From: a phage
NCBI GenBank assembly: GCA_024683775.1
Contig: GCA_024683775.1_4106.1
Length of the DNA stretch: 64,000 nucleotides
Reading direction: 5' to 3' (one strand)
Part shown: piece by piece, positions 49,479 to 58,598 of the stretch
Position numbering within the stretch: the first letter of the stretch is position 1
Layout of the letters: every line of letters starts with the position of its first letter
Translations under genes and position numbers: made by a program
Notes under the pieces: generated by a model
What the model was told of the DNA's origin: nothing
What the model saw: the letters and a program-made list of their open reading frames with translations, nothing else
Database searches by the model: none

Positions 49479-50651
49479 TTATGGTAAAATAATAGCTTGT
49501 AACGAACTCATACCCAATGTTGGAACACTCGCCTGTGGTGCTGGTGCATTCACTTTTGGTGATGAAACCGCATATGTCATTCCTGAACCCAAATCTGGAT
49601 CAAAAACTACAGCACAATAATTCCCACTATATATAAGTCCATTCTTGTATCCTTGTGCACTTTGAATGCATTTCGTGAACGTCCCAATATCTGTAGTGGC
49701 ATTTATTAAGTTCCTCCCACGATAACCGCAGGTGTATATGAAATTATCATCGCCTATGTACATACTAGAATCCCCAGCAGAACTACATAGATACGACATA
49801 TAAGCACGCATGTTTTTAGGAGCAACTGACAATGTACCAGCATAGAATTTATTATTCGAACCCGAAATATCACCATCACCCAAAGCACCAAAACTCCCCC
49901 AACCAGTACCATAATATCTCTTATCACTCAAGAATATAATACAGTTGTTATTACACATCTTGACTTGATATATCAATGAAGGATCAACCCCAGGGAATGA
50001 TTCAGTGTATGTTAGAACAGCCAGATCAGTACTAGCATTACATTGATGATATGTATTAGTACCAGAGGACAATATTGTACCATCAACTAATAGAATCCTC
50101 GAAGTGCCAGTACCAGCAATACAAGCAACAGCATTACCTGTATATATTTGTCTGAAAGTAAAGAAACCAACAGTCTTACTCCCCTGTCCACTCCAACCAG
50201 TATTATCAACACCACATGCCCATACTGAACCATCTTGCATGATCATCATTACACCATAACGTTCTATTGAAATATAGACAATCTTCGTAGTATCAACTGC
50301 ACTAAATCTAGAAGTTATATCAGTCCAAACCTTTACACTCACCGCCGTCGCACCGAAAGTAGGATCTTCCCCTGCTATCATTATCCTACCATTGTTAGTC
50401 AGATACATTGTCTGACTATAACCAGTACTACAAAACTTAACACTATCAGTCTCTGGAACTTTTAACCACTCGTTGTAACGTGTTACGTTAGTGTTATTAC
50501 CTAACTGATAATAGTTATTCATCCCAGATACATATAACACACCATCCTTTATTAAACTATAAGTCGCACTATAGTCACTACAGGTATAACGTGTACCCAC
50601 AGGTGGCTCAACGACGTTCCCATAATCAAACATTCTAACAAAAGGTAACAT
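49479..50651 (-). CDS. MLPF-leader paralog A14 (FDYGN subtype)
   Basis: N-terminus MLPFVRMFDYGN. Confidence 0.65.
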   Translation of the reverse strand: MLPFVRMFDYGNVVEPPVGTRYTCSDYSATYSLIKDGVLYVSGMNNYYQLGNNTNVTRYNEWLKVPETDSVKFCSTGYSQTMYLTNNGRIMIAGEDPTFGATAVSVKVWTDITSRFSAVDTTKIVYISIERYGVMMIMQDGSVWACGVDNTGWSGQGSKTVGFFTFRQIYTGNAVACIAGTGTSRILLVDGTILSSGTNTYHQCNASTDLAVLTYTESFPGVDPSLIYQVKMCNNNCIIFLSDKRYYGTGWGSFGALGDGDISGSNNKFYAGTLSVAPKNMRAYMSYLCSSAGDSSMYIGDDNFIYTCGYRGRNLINATTDIGTFTKCIQSAQGYKNGLIYSGNYCAVVFDPDLGSGMTYAVSSPKVNAPAPQASVPTLGMSSLQAIILP

Positions 50652-50724
50652 AATAAAATCTCCGTAATTAAATTATATAGTATTTACAAAAAATACCAGT
50701 ACATATTTCAGTACTGACCTATTA

Positions 50725-51846
50725 TTAAAAGGGCAACGGTAACTCAGTAAAAGTACTTACGTCCGGTAAACCATACATTGAATTAGCATCACCACAGTAA
50801 TACCACTTCGTAGAATCATGTACCACCGATAAACGCTGTGCACATAACACTTCCTGTATGTCATTAAACACCATCGGGACTAACTCATATGTATCCGCAT
50901 ATGAAGATTCACCACCACTCGCATGAAAAGTATTCGTCCCAGCATAAAATAACTGATTAGTGTTCTTACCCACAGCAAATGTCATCAATATCCCATCATT
51001 CGCCCATAAAGAAGAAAACTTATCAACACTACCAGAAAGCTCTGTGTAAGTACTCGTAATGGCACTCGCAGCCGCCGCATTACCCATCTGTTTATTCAAG
51101 TTCTGTCCAGCAATAAAATATCTCGTGCGTGCACTAGAATCAGTATATAATAACCCAGTGTTCGTAGTCATCATTCCAATGTCCTTAATCGTCATACCAG
51201 TCTGTGAATAACTTAGATACGAAGTTAAACTACCATTATTACCCAACGAACCGTTATCACTCATGCCACAACGATGTAATATACCACTTGTATCAACGTA
51301 GATAGTACTAACTAAACTCGTATACAACTCTTGTACATTATTCGCAATAAACACAGCAGTCGCCTTATTAGTAACCCCACCAAATGATAGGTTATTATCA
51401 AATCCCTTAGCGTATAATTGATTATTAGTAGTAACTAACCCAATCGCGTAATAAGATATTTTCATATCCCTTACAGTACTCAAATCTACTACCCCAAATT
51501 GATGCGTAACATCTGTCCATGTGAAAATCTGTGCACTACCAACACCACCCGTTTCAAACCATTTGTCACCACAGTACAATATGCGATTATCCTTAGTAAA
51601 GATAACTGTTACCAATCCACTACCACACGCAAACTTTACATCACTTCTAACCTTCGTCCAATCAAGTACATAGGTAGTGGTGTTATTACCTATACCTAAC
51701 TTGCCATAACGGTTATAACCACGCACCCACAAATCACCACTCTTAGTAATTAATAGTAATGCGTCTCCTGTACTTATTATTCGAAATCCCGAACTAGGAT
51801 CAGGTACTTCATTTCCATAATCAAACATTCTAACAAAAGGTAACAT
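50725..51846 (-). CDS. MLPF-leader paralog A15 (FDYGN subtype)
   Basis: N-terminus MLPFVRMFDYGN; body closely related to A18. Confidence 0.65.
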   Translation of the reverse strand: MLPFVRMFDYGNEVPDPSSGFRIISTGDALLLITKSGDLWVRGYNRYGKLGIGNNTTTYVLDWTKVRSDVKFACGSGLVTVIFTKDNRILYCGDKWFETGGVGSAQIFTWTDVTHQFGVVDLSTVRDMKISYYAIGLVTTNNQLYAKGFDNNLSFGGVTNKATAVFIANNVQELYTSLVSTIYVDTSGILHRCGMSDNGSLGNNGSLTSYLSYSQTGMTIKDIGMMTTNTGLLYTDSSARTRYFIAGQNLNKQMGNAAAASAITSTYTELSGSVDKFSSLWANDGILMTFAVGKNTNQLFYAGTNTFHASGGESSYADTYELVPMVFNDIQEVLCAQRLSVVHDSTKWYYCGDANSMYGLPDVSTFTELPLPF

Positions 51847-51891
51847 AATTCCCTCCTTTATTCATTATACTATATTTAATCAAAAATAAAA

Positions 51892-51910
51892 GCCAGTACA
51901 GAGTACTGGC
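51892..51910 (-). terminator. array cassette hairpin
   Basis: GCCAGTACAGAGTACTGGC inverted repeat. Confidence 0.45.
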
Positions 51911-51917
51911 ATAGTAT

Positions 51918-53045
51918 TCAAAAAGGTAAATCAATTTGCTTAGTAATAATAGTATCTAACGGTATTGAACACAATGAGAAATTCTTTCCACCCGTATTTT
52001 CAGGATTATATCCATTCATCCATACATTATTACCTTCGTAAAATGTATTCCAGTATAAAGACCCACTATATCGTGTATTCGAATTGAACGATGTAAAATT
52101 GAATTCTTGAAATGCTGTAAAATATGGAAGGGAACTTGAACTACTTCCCGTAAATGGGGTATGCCCAGTTGCTATTAGTTTGTTTGTATCTGCATTAATT
52201 AAAAATACAACACTAGTCGAATAGTCCAACGAATCAGGATGATATATATTACTCATATCACCTATAGTAAAACCAACATCAAAAACTTTACTATGTGCAC
52301 CACTACCAGCAAAAGTAGTTCCAGTTGCATATATTTTATTATCAGATGTTATCATTACAAAACCAACACCAGAAACAAAACTGCATTTTATATCATAAGA
52401 TATATCATCAAACAACGGAACAAATGTGGTTGCATCACCCGATGTTGCTTTAACTTGAAAGCTGTTATTTGAACCTGAACCATATACAGTTCCATCGTTT
52501 TTAATCTTAAACAATGTATCGCCAAGGTAACCGCCAAATATATTATCCACATTAGTGTCAAGTACAGTCCACGCTGAAACATAATTTTTATGTCCTAAAC
52601 CTAATGTACCACTTCGATTCCATCCTCTTCCATAAAGTGTTCCGTCTTTCATTAATATAAATGCTGTATAACCACATAACATTTTTTTAATTTGGGTAAC
52701 ATCTATACCAGTGAAATACACAGCCCAGTCAGTATATCCTTGTTGGAAAGTATTAGAATTCGTGAATGCATATGTTGAACCTGAACCATATATTTTATCA
52801 CCTTTAATAACAACGGAAAACGATCCTAACCATAAGTCATCAACTTCAGTTGTGATTTGTTGAACTGCTCCTAACGATACAAACTGTGTACTTAAACCCG
52901 CATTATAGTTTGAATCTTCACCGTGTGCATATACAGTGCCATCTTGCATTAGAAACATTTCAAGAGTGTAACTAACAACACTTTTCTTTATATTATTAAC
53001 TTCGATTATATTCCCATAATCAAACATTCTAACAAAAGGTAACAT
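51918..53045 (-). CDS. MLPF-leader paralog A16 (FDYGN subtype)
   Basis: N-terminus MLPFVRMFDYGN. Confidence 0.65.
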   Translation of the reverse strand: MLPFVRMFDYGNIIEVNNIKKSVVSYTLEMFLMQDGTVYAHGEDSNYNAGLSTQFVSLGAVQQITTEVDDLWLGSFSVVIKGDKIYGSGSTYAFTNSNTFQQGYTDWAVYFTGIDVTQIKKMLCGYTAFILMKDGTLYGRGWNRSGTLGLGHKNYVSAWTVLDTNVDNIFGGYLGDTLFKIKNDGTVYGSGSNNSFQVKATSGDATTFVPLFDDISYDIKCSFVSGVGFVMITSDNKIYATGTTFAGSGAHSKVFDVGFTIGDMSNIYHPDSLDYSTSVVFLINADTNKLIATGHTPFTGSSSSSLPYFTAFQEFNFTSFNSNTRYSGSLYWNTFYEGNNVWMNGYNPENTGGKNFSLCSIPLDTIITKQIDLPF

Positions 53046-53087
53046 AATTCCCTCCTTTATTCATTATACTATATTTAATCAAAAAAA

Positions 53088-53106
53088 GCCAGTATCAAGT
53101 ACTGGC
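53088..53106 (-). terminator. array cassette hairpin
   Basis: GCCAGTATCAAGTACTGGC inverted repeat. Confidence 0.45.
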
Positions 53107-53114
53107 ATATTAAT

Positions 53115-54263
53115 TTACTGCACAAATGACATATCGACTTCGGTATAATTAAGAACGTTCTGTCCAGCACTACCACCCATTACTACAAATGAAGCACCCG
53201 AATAATATAACTTCGAAGTGTCAGTAAGTATAAGTGAACCAGATGGAGTGCGTACCAAATTACACGAAGTATTAAACGAAGTATATGAAGGAGTATAGGA
53301 GTACTGATTATTATTATTACCAACACCTAATTGCCCAAACCTATTCGATCCAGAAGCATATAGAACTTCATCTGCTTTGACAATATGTGATGCCATGTTA
53401 CCAACACAAGTATATAGAGTATAAACTCCTGAACTCAATAATGTCGGAGTTTTATATTGTATATCAGTAGAAGAGGAAGTACCACCTGTACCAAATTCGT
53501 TCCCATATTGTGCACCGAACTGTTTACCACAAGCGTACAAATTATTATCCGATTTGATAAAAAATGTACTCTGATAACTTACATTAAAATCTATAACATC
53601 CGAAGAAATCATCGTCACCCCAGTAATAGAAGTTTGATTGCCCGTGCCCAACTGGTAGTAATAGTTAAAACCACAACCCCATAAAGTATTATCTTCTCGC
53701 AAATAAATGTTACCAACAGCCTTTTTAACCGAAGTTATAGTATCTACTCTTTTGAATGTGTTAAAAGAATTAATGTTTGTGCCATCACCAAATGATGATA
53801 TGTTCGATATATTGTTAGCTCCACAACAATACAATGTACCATCGTTTGTTATCAAATTCACCTTCATATCATAAAAACTACTCATGTATTTTATATCAGA
53901 AACATTAATACCACTTGATGTTATCCACGTAGTACAGTCCGTCCACAAAGTTTTTCTATCAGTTACACCAGTGAATGCCTTCGTGTTACCAGTGATAAAA
54001 ACTTTTCCAGTACCTTTCTCTTCATACAATTGACAATCACTACTGTTATCTTCCAATAGAACTCGTTTAACATTCTCCGCACAAAGAATAAATTTACTCG
54101 ATGCTACACCTGTACCAGTACCCCAATTCGTCGCAGAAGATGCATACAACTTGTCAGTATAAGTATCATGAAGATACATAGAATCACTGGAATATATTTT
54201 ATAACGACCAGAGTTGGTAGGAGCTTCATTTCCATAATCAAACATTCTTACAAAAGGTAACAT
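53115..54263 (-). CDS. MLPF-leader RCC1-like paralog A17 (FDYGN subtype)
   Basis: start set at MLPFVRMFDYGN at 54263; GSNRFGQLGVG motif. Confidence 0.65.
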   Translation of the reverse strand: MLPFVRMFDYGNEAPTNSGRYKIYSSDSMYLHDTYTDKLYASSATNWGTGTGVASSKFILCAENVKRVLLEDNSSDCQLYEEKGTGKVFITGNTKAFTGVTDRKTLWTDCTTWITSSGINVSDIKYMSSFYDMKVNLITNDGTLYCCGANNISNISSFGDGTNINSFNTFKRVDTITSVKKAVGNIYLREDNTLWGCGFNYYYQLGTGNQTSITGVTMISSDVIDFNVSYQSTFFIKSDNNLYACGKQFGAQYGNEFGTGGTSSSTDIQYKTPTLLSSGVYTLYTCVGNMASHIVKADEVLYASGSNRFGQLGVGNNNNQYSYTPSYTSFNTSCNLVRTPSGSLILTDTSKLYYSGASFVVMGGSAGQNVLNYTEVDMSFVQ

Positions 54264-54307
54264 ATTCCCTCCCTTATTCATTATACTATATTTAATCAAA
54301 AAGAAAA

Positions 54308-54327
54308 GCCAGTACTCAAGTACTGGC
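54308..54327 (-). terminator. array cassette hairpin
   Basis: GCCAGTACTCAAGTACTGGC perfect inverted repeat. Confidence 0.5.
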
Positions 54328-54333
54328 CTGTAT

Positions 54334-55470
54334 TTAAATTATTGTTGGTAATGGTAATGGTATAAATTCATCACTCGATGGCAAACCATATAACGTAGTT
54401 GCATTTCCAGAATAATACCATCCAGTTGAATCTTGCACTATAGATAGATAGGCTAACGATACCACCTTTGTTATATCATTAAACCCGTGTGGTACTTCTT
54501 TGAATGCAGATGAATATTCAACACCAGGATCACCAGAAGATAGTGTATTGTTAGTACCAGCATAATATAAAGTATTGCCATCTGTGCTTATAGCAAAAGA
54601 AAGAACAGAGTTATTCATATCACTCCACAAATCCCTAAACCTGCCTCTATATCCGGTTAATTCTGTATACGAATATACGTTTGTGGTATTTGAAGAAGAA
54701 TTACCTAGTTGATAATTTCTATTTTGACCTGCTATAACATATCTAGTGATACCATTAGTATCATAATATAATATACCAGAGTTTAATGTTGACATACCAA
54801 CTGCACATTCGGATGCAAATTCGGGAGCAGAGTACAAATTATAAGAAGTTAAATTTGTGCTAGTACCCAATGCTCCAGTATTGCTTATACCACAGCGGTA
54901 GTAACCACCAGTAGTACTAGAATATATAGTACCAGATAGAGAAGTGTAGAATTTTGAAACATTTGACGCAACTAATACAGCATTAACTTTGCTTGTTGAA
55001 CCACCAAATGATTGGTTATTATCATATCCTTTAGCATATAATCTATTATCATTTGTAAGTAATCCTACACAATAATAAGTTATTTTCATTTCACGAACTG
55101 TGCTTAGATTCACTGCACTAAATTGTGTCGTAACATCTTTCCATGTAACAACTTTAGAACTTGTCGAACCACCAGATTCAAACCATTGATCACCACAGTA
55201 GAAAATTTTATTATCTACAGTTAATACAACGCATACTAAATTACTAGCACAAGCAAACTTAACATCATCTCTAACTTTAGTCCACTCGGTTACATTCACT
55301 ATAGTATCAGTTCCTATACCTAATTTGCCATACGCATTATTACCACGCACCCATAATTCATTATCCTCGGTTATTAGTAATAATGAATTAGCACCTGCAA
55401 CAATATCACGTATTTTTAGTTTATCTGGTGCTACGTTCCCGTACTTAACCATTCTTGCAAAAGGTAACAT
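54334..55470 (-). CDS. MLPF-leader paralog A18 (VKYGN subtype), first gene of the array
   Basis: N-terminus MLPFARMVKYGN; extended -10-like TGATATAAT and AAGGAG RBS upstream. Confidence 0.65.
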   Translation of the reverse strand: MLPFARMVKYGNVAPDKLKIRDIVAGANSLLLITEDNELWVRGNNAYGKLGIGTDTIVNVTEWTKVRDDVKFACASNLVCVVLTVDNKIFYCGDQWFESGGSTSSKVVTWKDVTTQFSAVNLSTVREMKITYYCVGLLTNDNRLYAKGYDNNQSFGGSTSKVNAVLVASNVSKFYTSLSGTIYSSTTGGYYRCGISNTGALGTSTNLTSYNLYSAPEFASECAVGMSTLNSGILYYDTNGITRYVIAGQNRNYQLGNSSSNTTNVYSYTELTGYRGRFRDLWSDMNNSVLSFAISTDGNTLYYAGTNNTLSSGDPGVEYSSAFKEVPHGFNDITKVVSLAYLSIVQDSTGWYYSGNATTLYGLPSSDEFIPLPLPTII

Positions 55471-55520
55471 ATTTCTTCTCCTTTATTCATTATATCATAT
55501 TTACCTCAAAAAGAAAACCC

Positions 55521-55549
55521 TTGACACCCTTTCAGTACTGATGTACTAT
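55521..55549 (+). promoter_or_regulatory. sigma70-like promoter TTGACA-N17-TACTAT in the divergent hub
   Basis: hexamers read directly, 25 nt upstream of the first mini-protein gene. Confidence 0.5.
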
Positions 55550-55574
55550 AGAAGGAATATAAGGAGAACTGCAC

Positions 55575-55802
55575 ATGACAAATACTTTTAAGTACTACCT
55601 CAATACTCTAAATGAACTAGAGTACGCGAAGTTTCTCGCGGATAGTTCGTGGCTAATTGAGCTAAAAACACATAACAGTACTGGATGTAACCTTATGCTG
55701 AACAATGCACTTGATACCCTTGTAGTGAGTATTTTACACAGCACCATCTGCGGGGATAGCAATAAACAATTATCAAAAATCTTAGTACTGGTAGCTCTAT
55801 GA
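55575..55802 (+). CDS. mini-protein paralog C1
   Basis: 75 aa; N-terminal MTNTFKYYLNTL; AAGGAG RBS. Confidence 0.5.
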   Translation: MTNTFKYYLNTLNELEYAKFLADSSWLIELKTHNSTGCNLMLNNALDTLVVSILHSTICGDSNKQLSKILVLVAL

Positions 55803-56011
55803 ACACTATGAACATTGAACAGTACTACATTGATGCACTACCAACAAAAGGTCTACGAGAAAGCCTACTGTATACACAAAATAATTATATAAACTTCAAA
55901 CATTGTCCTAAACTCTTGAACTCGTACAGGAATAATAAAATAAGAAATGCTGTACAAGGGGTAGAAAGTATGCAATACTATTACATCCTAACCCTTTTAA
56001 TCGAGCACTAA
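55799..56011 (+). CDS. mini-protein paralog C2
   Basis: 70 aa; N-terminal ...EQYYIDALP; ATGA overlap. Confidence 0.5.
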   Translation: MNTMNIEQYYIDALPTKGLRESLLYTQNNYINFKHCPKLLNSYRNNKIRNAVQGVESMQYYYILTLLIEH

Positions 56012-56012
56012 T

Positions 56013-56198
56013 ATGTATAAAGAATTCTACTGTAGTAAGCTGCACAAACAATACAGAGATTCATTTCCCAATGAACCTATGGATATGAATAGTCCCTTTT
56101 ATAAATTTGACTTCAGACTGGAGACACGTTATGCAATAGAACATCAATTTCCTGAAACTAAGTACTTATCTATCATGAACCTCATCTTTAAGTTCTAA
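56013..56198 (+). CDS. mini-protein paralog C3
   Basis: 61 aa; N-terminal MYKEFY. Confidence 0.45.
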   Translation: MYKEFYCSKLHKQYRDSFPNEPMDMNSPFYKFDFRLETRYAIEHQFPETKYLSIMNLIFKF

Positions 56199-56209
56199 AA
56201 GAGTACTAT

Positions 56210-56422
56210 ATGAAAACTATGAACATACACCAGTACTACTTAGATATTCTCCCTAAAGATGTACAGTTCATCCTTAAACAAGAATACAGTACTTTAAAAA
56301 ACCTTAAAAGAACCGCACCGAATGTATTAATCCTGCACCAAGAAAATGTAGTTGATAATATTCTACAAGGTGTACCAGGGACCGAGTACTTTAACATAAT
56401 AAGGCTAATTACATTACCATGA
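56210..56422 (+). CDS. mini-protein paralog C4
   Basis: 70 aa; close relative of C2. Confidence 0.5.
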   Translation: MKTMNIHQYYLDILPKDVQFILKQEYSTLKNLKRTAPNVLILHQENVVDNILQGVPGTEYFNIIRLITLP

Positions 56423-56604
56423 ATCATATATTATACTATTACCAAAATCTATCCGACAGGGACAAGTACACCCACAACTCCAATGTATGGTACTACAAAC
56501 GCGGTAGTATAAGAGACAAACAACATTACTTCTGTATTGCTATAAAAGAAGCACTAACAACTAAGTACACGTACAGAGCAGTACTGAAACTTATTGATAT
56601 GTAA
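56419..56604 (+). CDS. mini-protein paralog C5
   Basis: 61 aa; C-terminal YTYRAVLKLIDM. Confidence 0.45.
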   Translation: MNHILYYYQNLSDRDKYTHNSNVWYYKRGSIRDKQHYFCIAIKEALTTKYTYRAVLKLIDM

Positions 56605-56614
56605 AGAGAATACT

Positions 56615-56797
56615 ATGAGCATTGAATTGTACTTAAGTAAATTACAGCCTGGCGATAGATTCATCTACAATAAGTTCGAATTCAACTACAAGAACGGGAG
56701 CAACAAATATCGTCGAGGATACCTATATACAAGCACAAGAGATGCACAAAACGAAAAGTACACATACAGAGAAGTACTTAAACTAATCTCTATTTGA
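56615..56797 (+). CDS. mini-protein paralog C6
   Basis: 60 aa from ATG 56615; C-terminal YTYREVLKLISI. Confidence 0.45.
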   Translation: MSIELYLSKLQPGDRFIYNKFEFNYKNGSNKYRRGYLYTSTRDAQNEKYTYREVLKLISI

Positions 56798-56805
56798 GGT
56801 AATAT

Positions 56806-56991
56806 ATGAATACATTTGAGTACTATACAAATAAACTATCTATGCCTGAAAGATCTCATCTCTATGTGTGGAGAAATGCGTATAAAAGCGGCAATAAACT
56901 TATACAAAGAAATTCCCTTACAGTGTGTACAAATTTAATTAAAGCAGAGTACCGCACATATATTGAAGTACTCAAACTGATAGCAATATAA
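56806..56991 (+). CDS. mini-protein paralog C7
   Basis: 61 aa; MNTFEYY...EVLKLIAI. Confidence 0.5.
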   Translation: MNTFEYYTNKLSMPERSHLYVWRNAYKSGNKLIQRNSLTVCTNLIKAEYRTYIEVLKLIAI

Positions 56992-56999
56992 GGTACTCT

Positions 57000-57179
57000 A
57001 TGCAAGAATTCTATATCTATAACCTCCAGCACAAAGATAGATACAACTATAATAAATTCCAAAGGTACTACACAGTCGGGAACAAAAGAGATAAAAAACG
57101 TTATCTACTCTCGTGTACAGTAGAAGCACAAAACGAAAAGTACACGTACAGAGAAGTACTTAAACTAATCTTAATCTAA
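57000..57179 (+). CDS. mini-protein paralog C8 (59 aa, below ORF-track cutoff)
   Basis: hand translation MQEFYIYNLQHK...YTYREVLKLILI. Confidence 0.45.
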   Translation: MQEFYIYNLQHKDRYNYNKFQRYYTVGNKRDKKRYLLSCTVEAQNEKYTYREVLKLILI

Positions 57180-57186
57180 GGTAGAC

Positions 57187-57375
57187 ATGAACACTTTTGA
57201 GTACTACTTCAATAAACTAAACCACATAGAACAAAGTATGCACAACTCATTTATTCAGCACCATCAATCATCTGCACATGGAATTAAAAATATATCGATT
57301 GAGATTATCACTACCCGTGTACTGTCATCTGAACGTTATATGTATATTGATGTACTGAAACTCATCTCTATGTAA
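57187..57375 (+). CDS. mini-protein paralog C9
   Basis: 62 aa; MNTFEYY...DVLKLISM. Confidence 0.5.
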   Translation: MNTFEYYFNKLNHIEQSMHNSFIQHHQSSAHGIKNISIEIITTRVLSSERYMYIDVLKLISM

Positions 57376-57383
57376 GGAATAAT

Positions 57384-57563
57384 ATGCAAGAATACTATAT
57401 AGAACACATAAGCATTAAAGACCGTTTCATGTACGACACCTTCGTGAAGTACTACAACCTGGCAACTAATAGTACTAAAAATATTAATCTCAATAGCTGC
57501 ATTCATCACGCACTAACAAAAGATAATCCCTTCAGGGAAATCCTCGCTCTCGCATCTGTATAA
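57384..57563 (+). CDS. mini-protein paralog C10 (59 aa, below ORF-track cutoff)
   Basis: hand translation MQEYYIEHISIKDRF... Confidence 0.4.
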   Translation: MQEYYIEHISIKDRFMYDTFVKYYNLATNSTKNINLNSCIHHALTKDNPFREILALASV

Positions 57564-57574
57564 AGGAAAACCAA

Positions 57575-58234
57575 ATGAAACTTAATGCACACAGCAAACA
57601 ATACCTTAAGCACTTTAAATACCTCAACAGTATTCAAGCAGAATCTTTTACACCAGCATATACGTATCACCCAAATGTACTAAAGAAACGAAATAAAAAG
57701 AAAAAATCCAGAAATGTTCTCGTATCTAAGAACCTCAAATCGTACTTGAAGAAAAATAGTATAGCTCTTGCTTTTATTAATATCTATAATACTGATTTAA
57801 AAGTATTGAGTACTAATACCAGCACAAAAGCACTAAAGAATGCATCTATCTATATACACATTGATAATATCCCGTGCACTATAATTCTATCTTTCGGGAA
57901 TGTATACTTCTTCGGGAATTGTAATAGCACCCATGATATCAGTACTGCACAATTCCAAATCGGCGATATGTACTGCATGGGTTCAGAAAAAATACACGAT
58001 AACATGCACTTCTTCCAAAAGCAACGTACTAACGAAACTGATACAGTACTGCAATTCCTCAAAGAACTAGAACACAAAGAATTATCCGAGGAAGAAGAAT
58101 TCATGTACAGTACTGTAATCGATAATCCAGGACTCTATAAAAACGCGTACAAACTAACAAAACATGTACAGGAACTTATCAGTACTGATAAGAAATTTCA
58201 TCACCTCATTACGTATATTTCAAACTATGTATAA
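57575..58234 (+). CDS. hypothetical 219-aa protein inserted in the mini-protein array
   Basis: ORF with basic KKRNKKKKSR patch; unrelated to flanking paralogs. Confidence 0.5.
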   Translation: MKLNAHSKQYLKHFKYLNSIQAESFTPAYTYHPNVLKKRNKKKKSRNVLVSKNLKSYLKKNSIALAFINIYNTDLKVLSTNTSTKALKNASIYIHIDNIPCTIILSFGNVYFFGNCNSTHDISTAQFQIGDMYCMGSEKIHDNMHFFQKQRTNETDTVLQFLKELEHKELSEEEEFMYSTVIDNPGLYKNAYKLTKHVQELISTDKKFHHLITYISNYV

Positions 58235-58409
58235 AGAATACTACAAAGATAAAATCCCAATGCATCTACAACACCATATACCAAACGTTGCATTGGGTAT
58301 CAAAGATCACGCAAAGATAATGTTCCAACAATGTACTAAGTACACGCTCATATACGATGATAATCCATATATGCTGTACTACGTAGTAATGCTAACATTC
58401 AGGTACTAA
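58227..58409 (+). CDS. mini-protein paralog C11
   Basis: 60 aa from ATG 58227; MYKEYYKDKIP... Confidence 0.45.
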   Translation: MYKEYYKDKIPMHLQHHIPNVALGIKDHAKIMFQQCTKYTLIYDDNPYMLYYVVMLTFRY

Positions 58410-58410
58410 T

Positions 58411-58590
58411 ATGAATACTTATAAAGAATTCTACCTCTCGTACCTTAATTCCGATATAGTAACATCCAATACATTCAGTACTAAAATTATCTATAATGAA
58501 GTAATGAAAGAATGTATTAAAGGTGCTATTAACCCTAAAGATACGTATGACTTGTACTATGCAGTACTAACCCTTGTTTTCACGAAATAA
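58411..58590 (+). CDS. mini-protein paralog C12 (59 aa, below ORF-track cutoff)
   Basis: hand translation MNTYKEFYLSYL... Confidence 0.4.
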   Translation: MNTYKEFYLSYLNSDIVTSNTFSTKIIYNEVMKECIKGAINPKDTYDLYYAVLTLVFTK

Positions 58591-58598
58591 CACATAAT

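Noticed and set aside
33362-53684. Short + strand ORFs inside the - strand array (e.g. 35683..35898, 38283..38519, 41720..42007, 46360..46623, 52239..52472)
   Set aside because: Antisense shadows of the long RCC1-like genes, with no RBS or conservation between cassettes.
32962-55470. Regularly spaced near-identical intergenic repeats, considered as a possible CRISPR array
   Set aside because: The repeat period is ~1.1-1.3 kb and the units between repeats are long protein-coding genes, not 25-50 bp spacers; the repeats are promoter/terminator cassettes.
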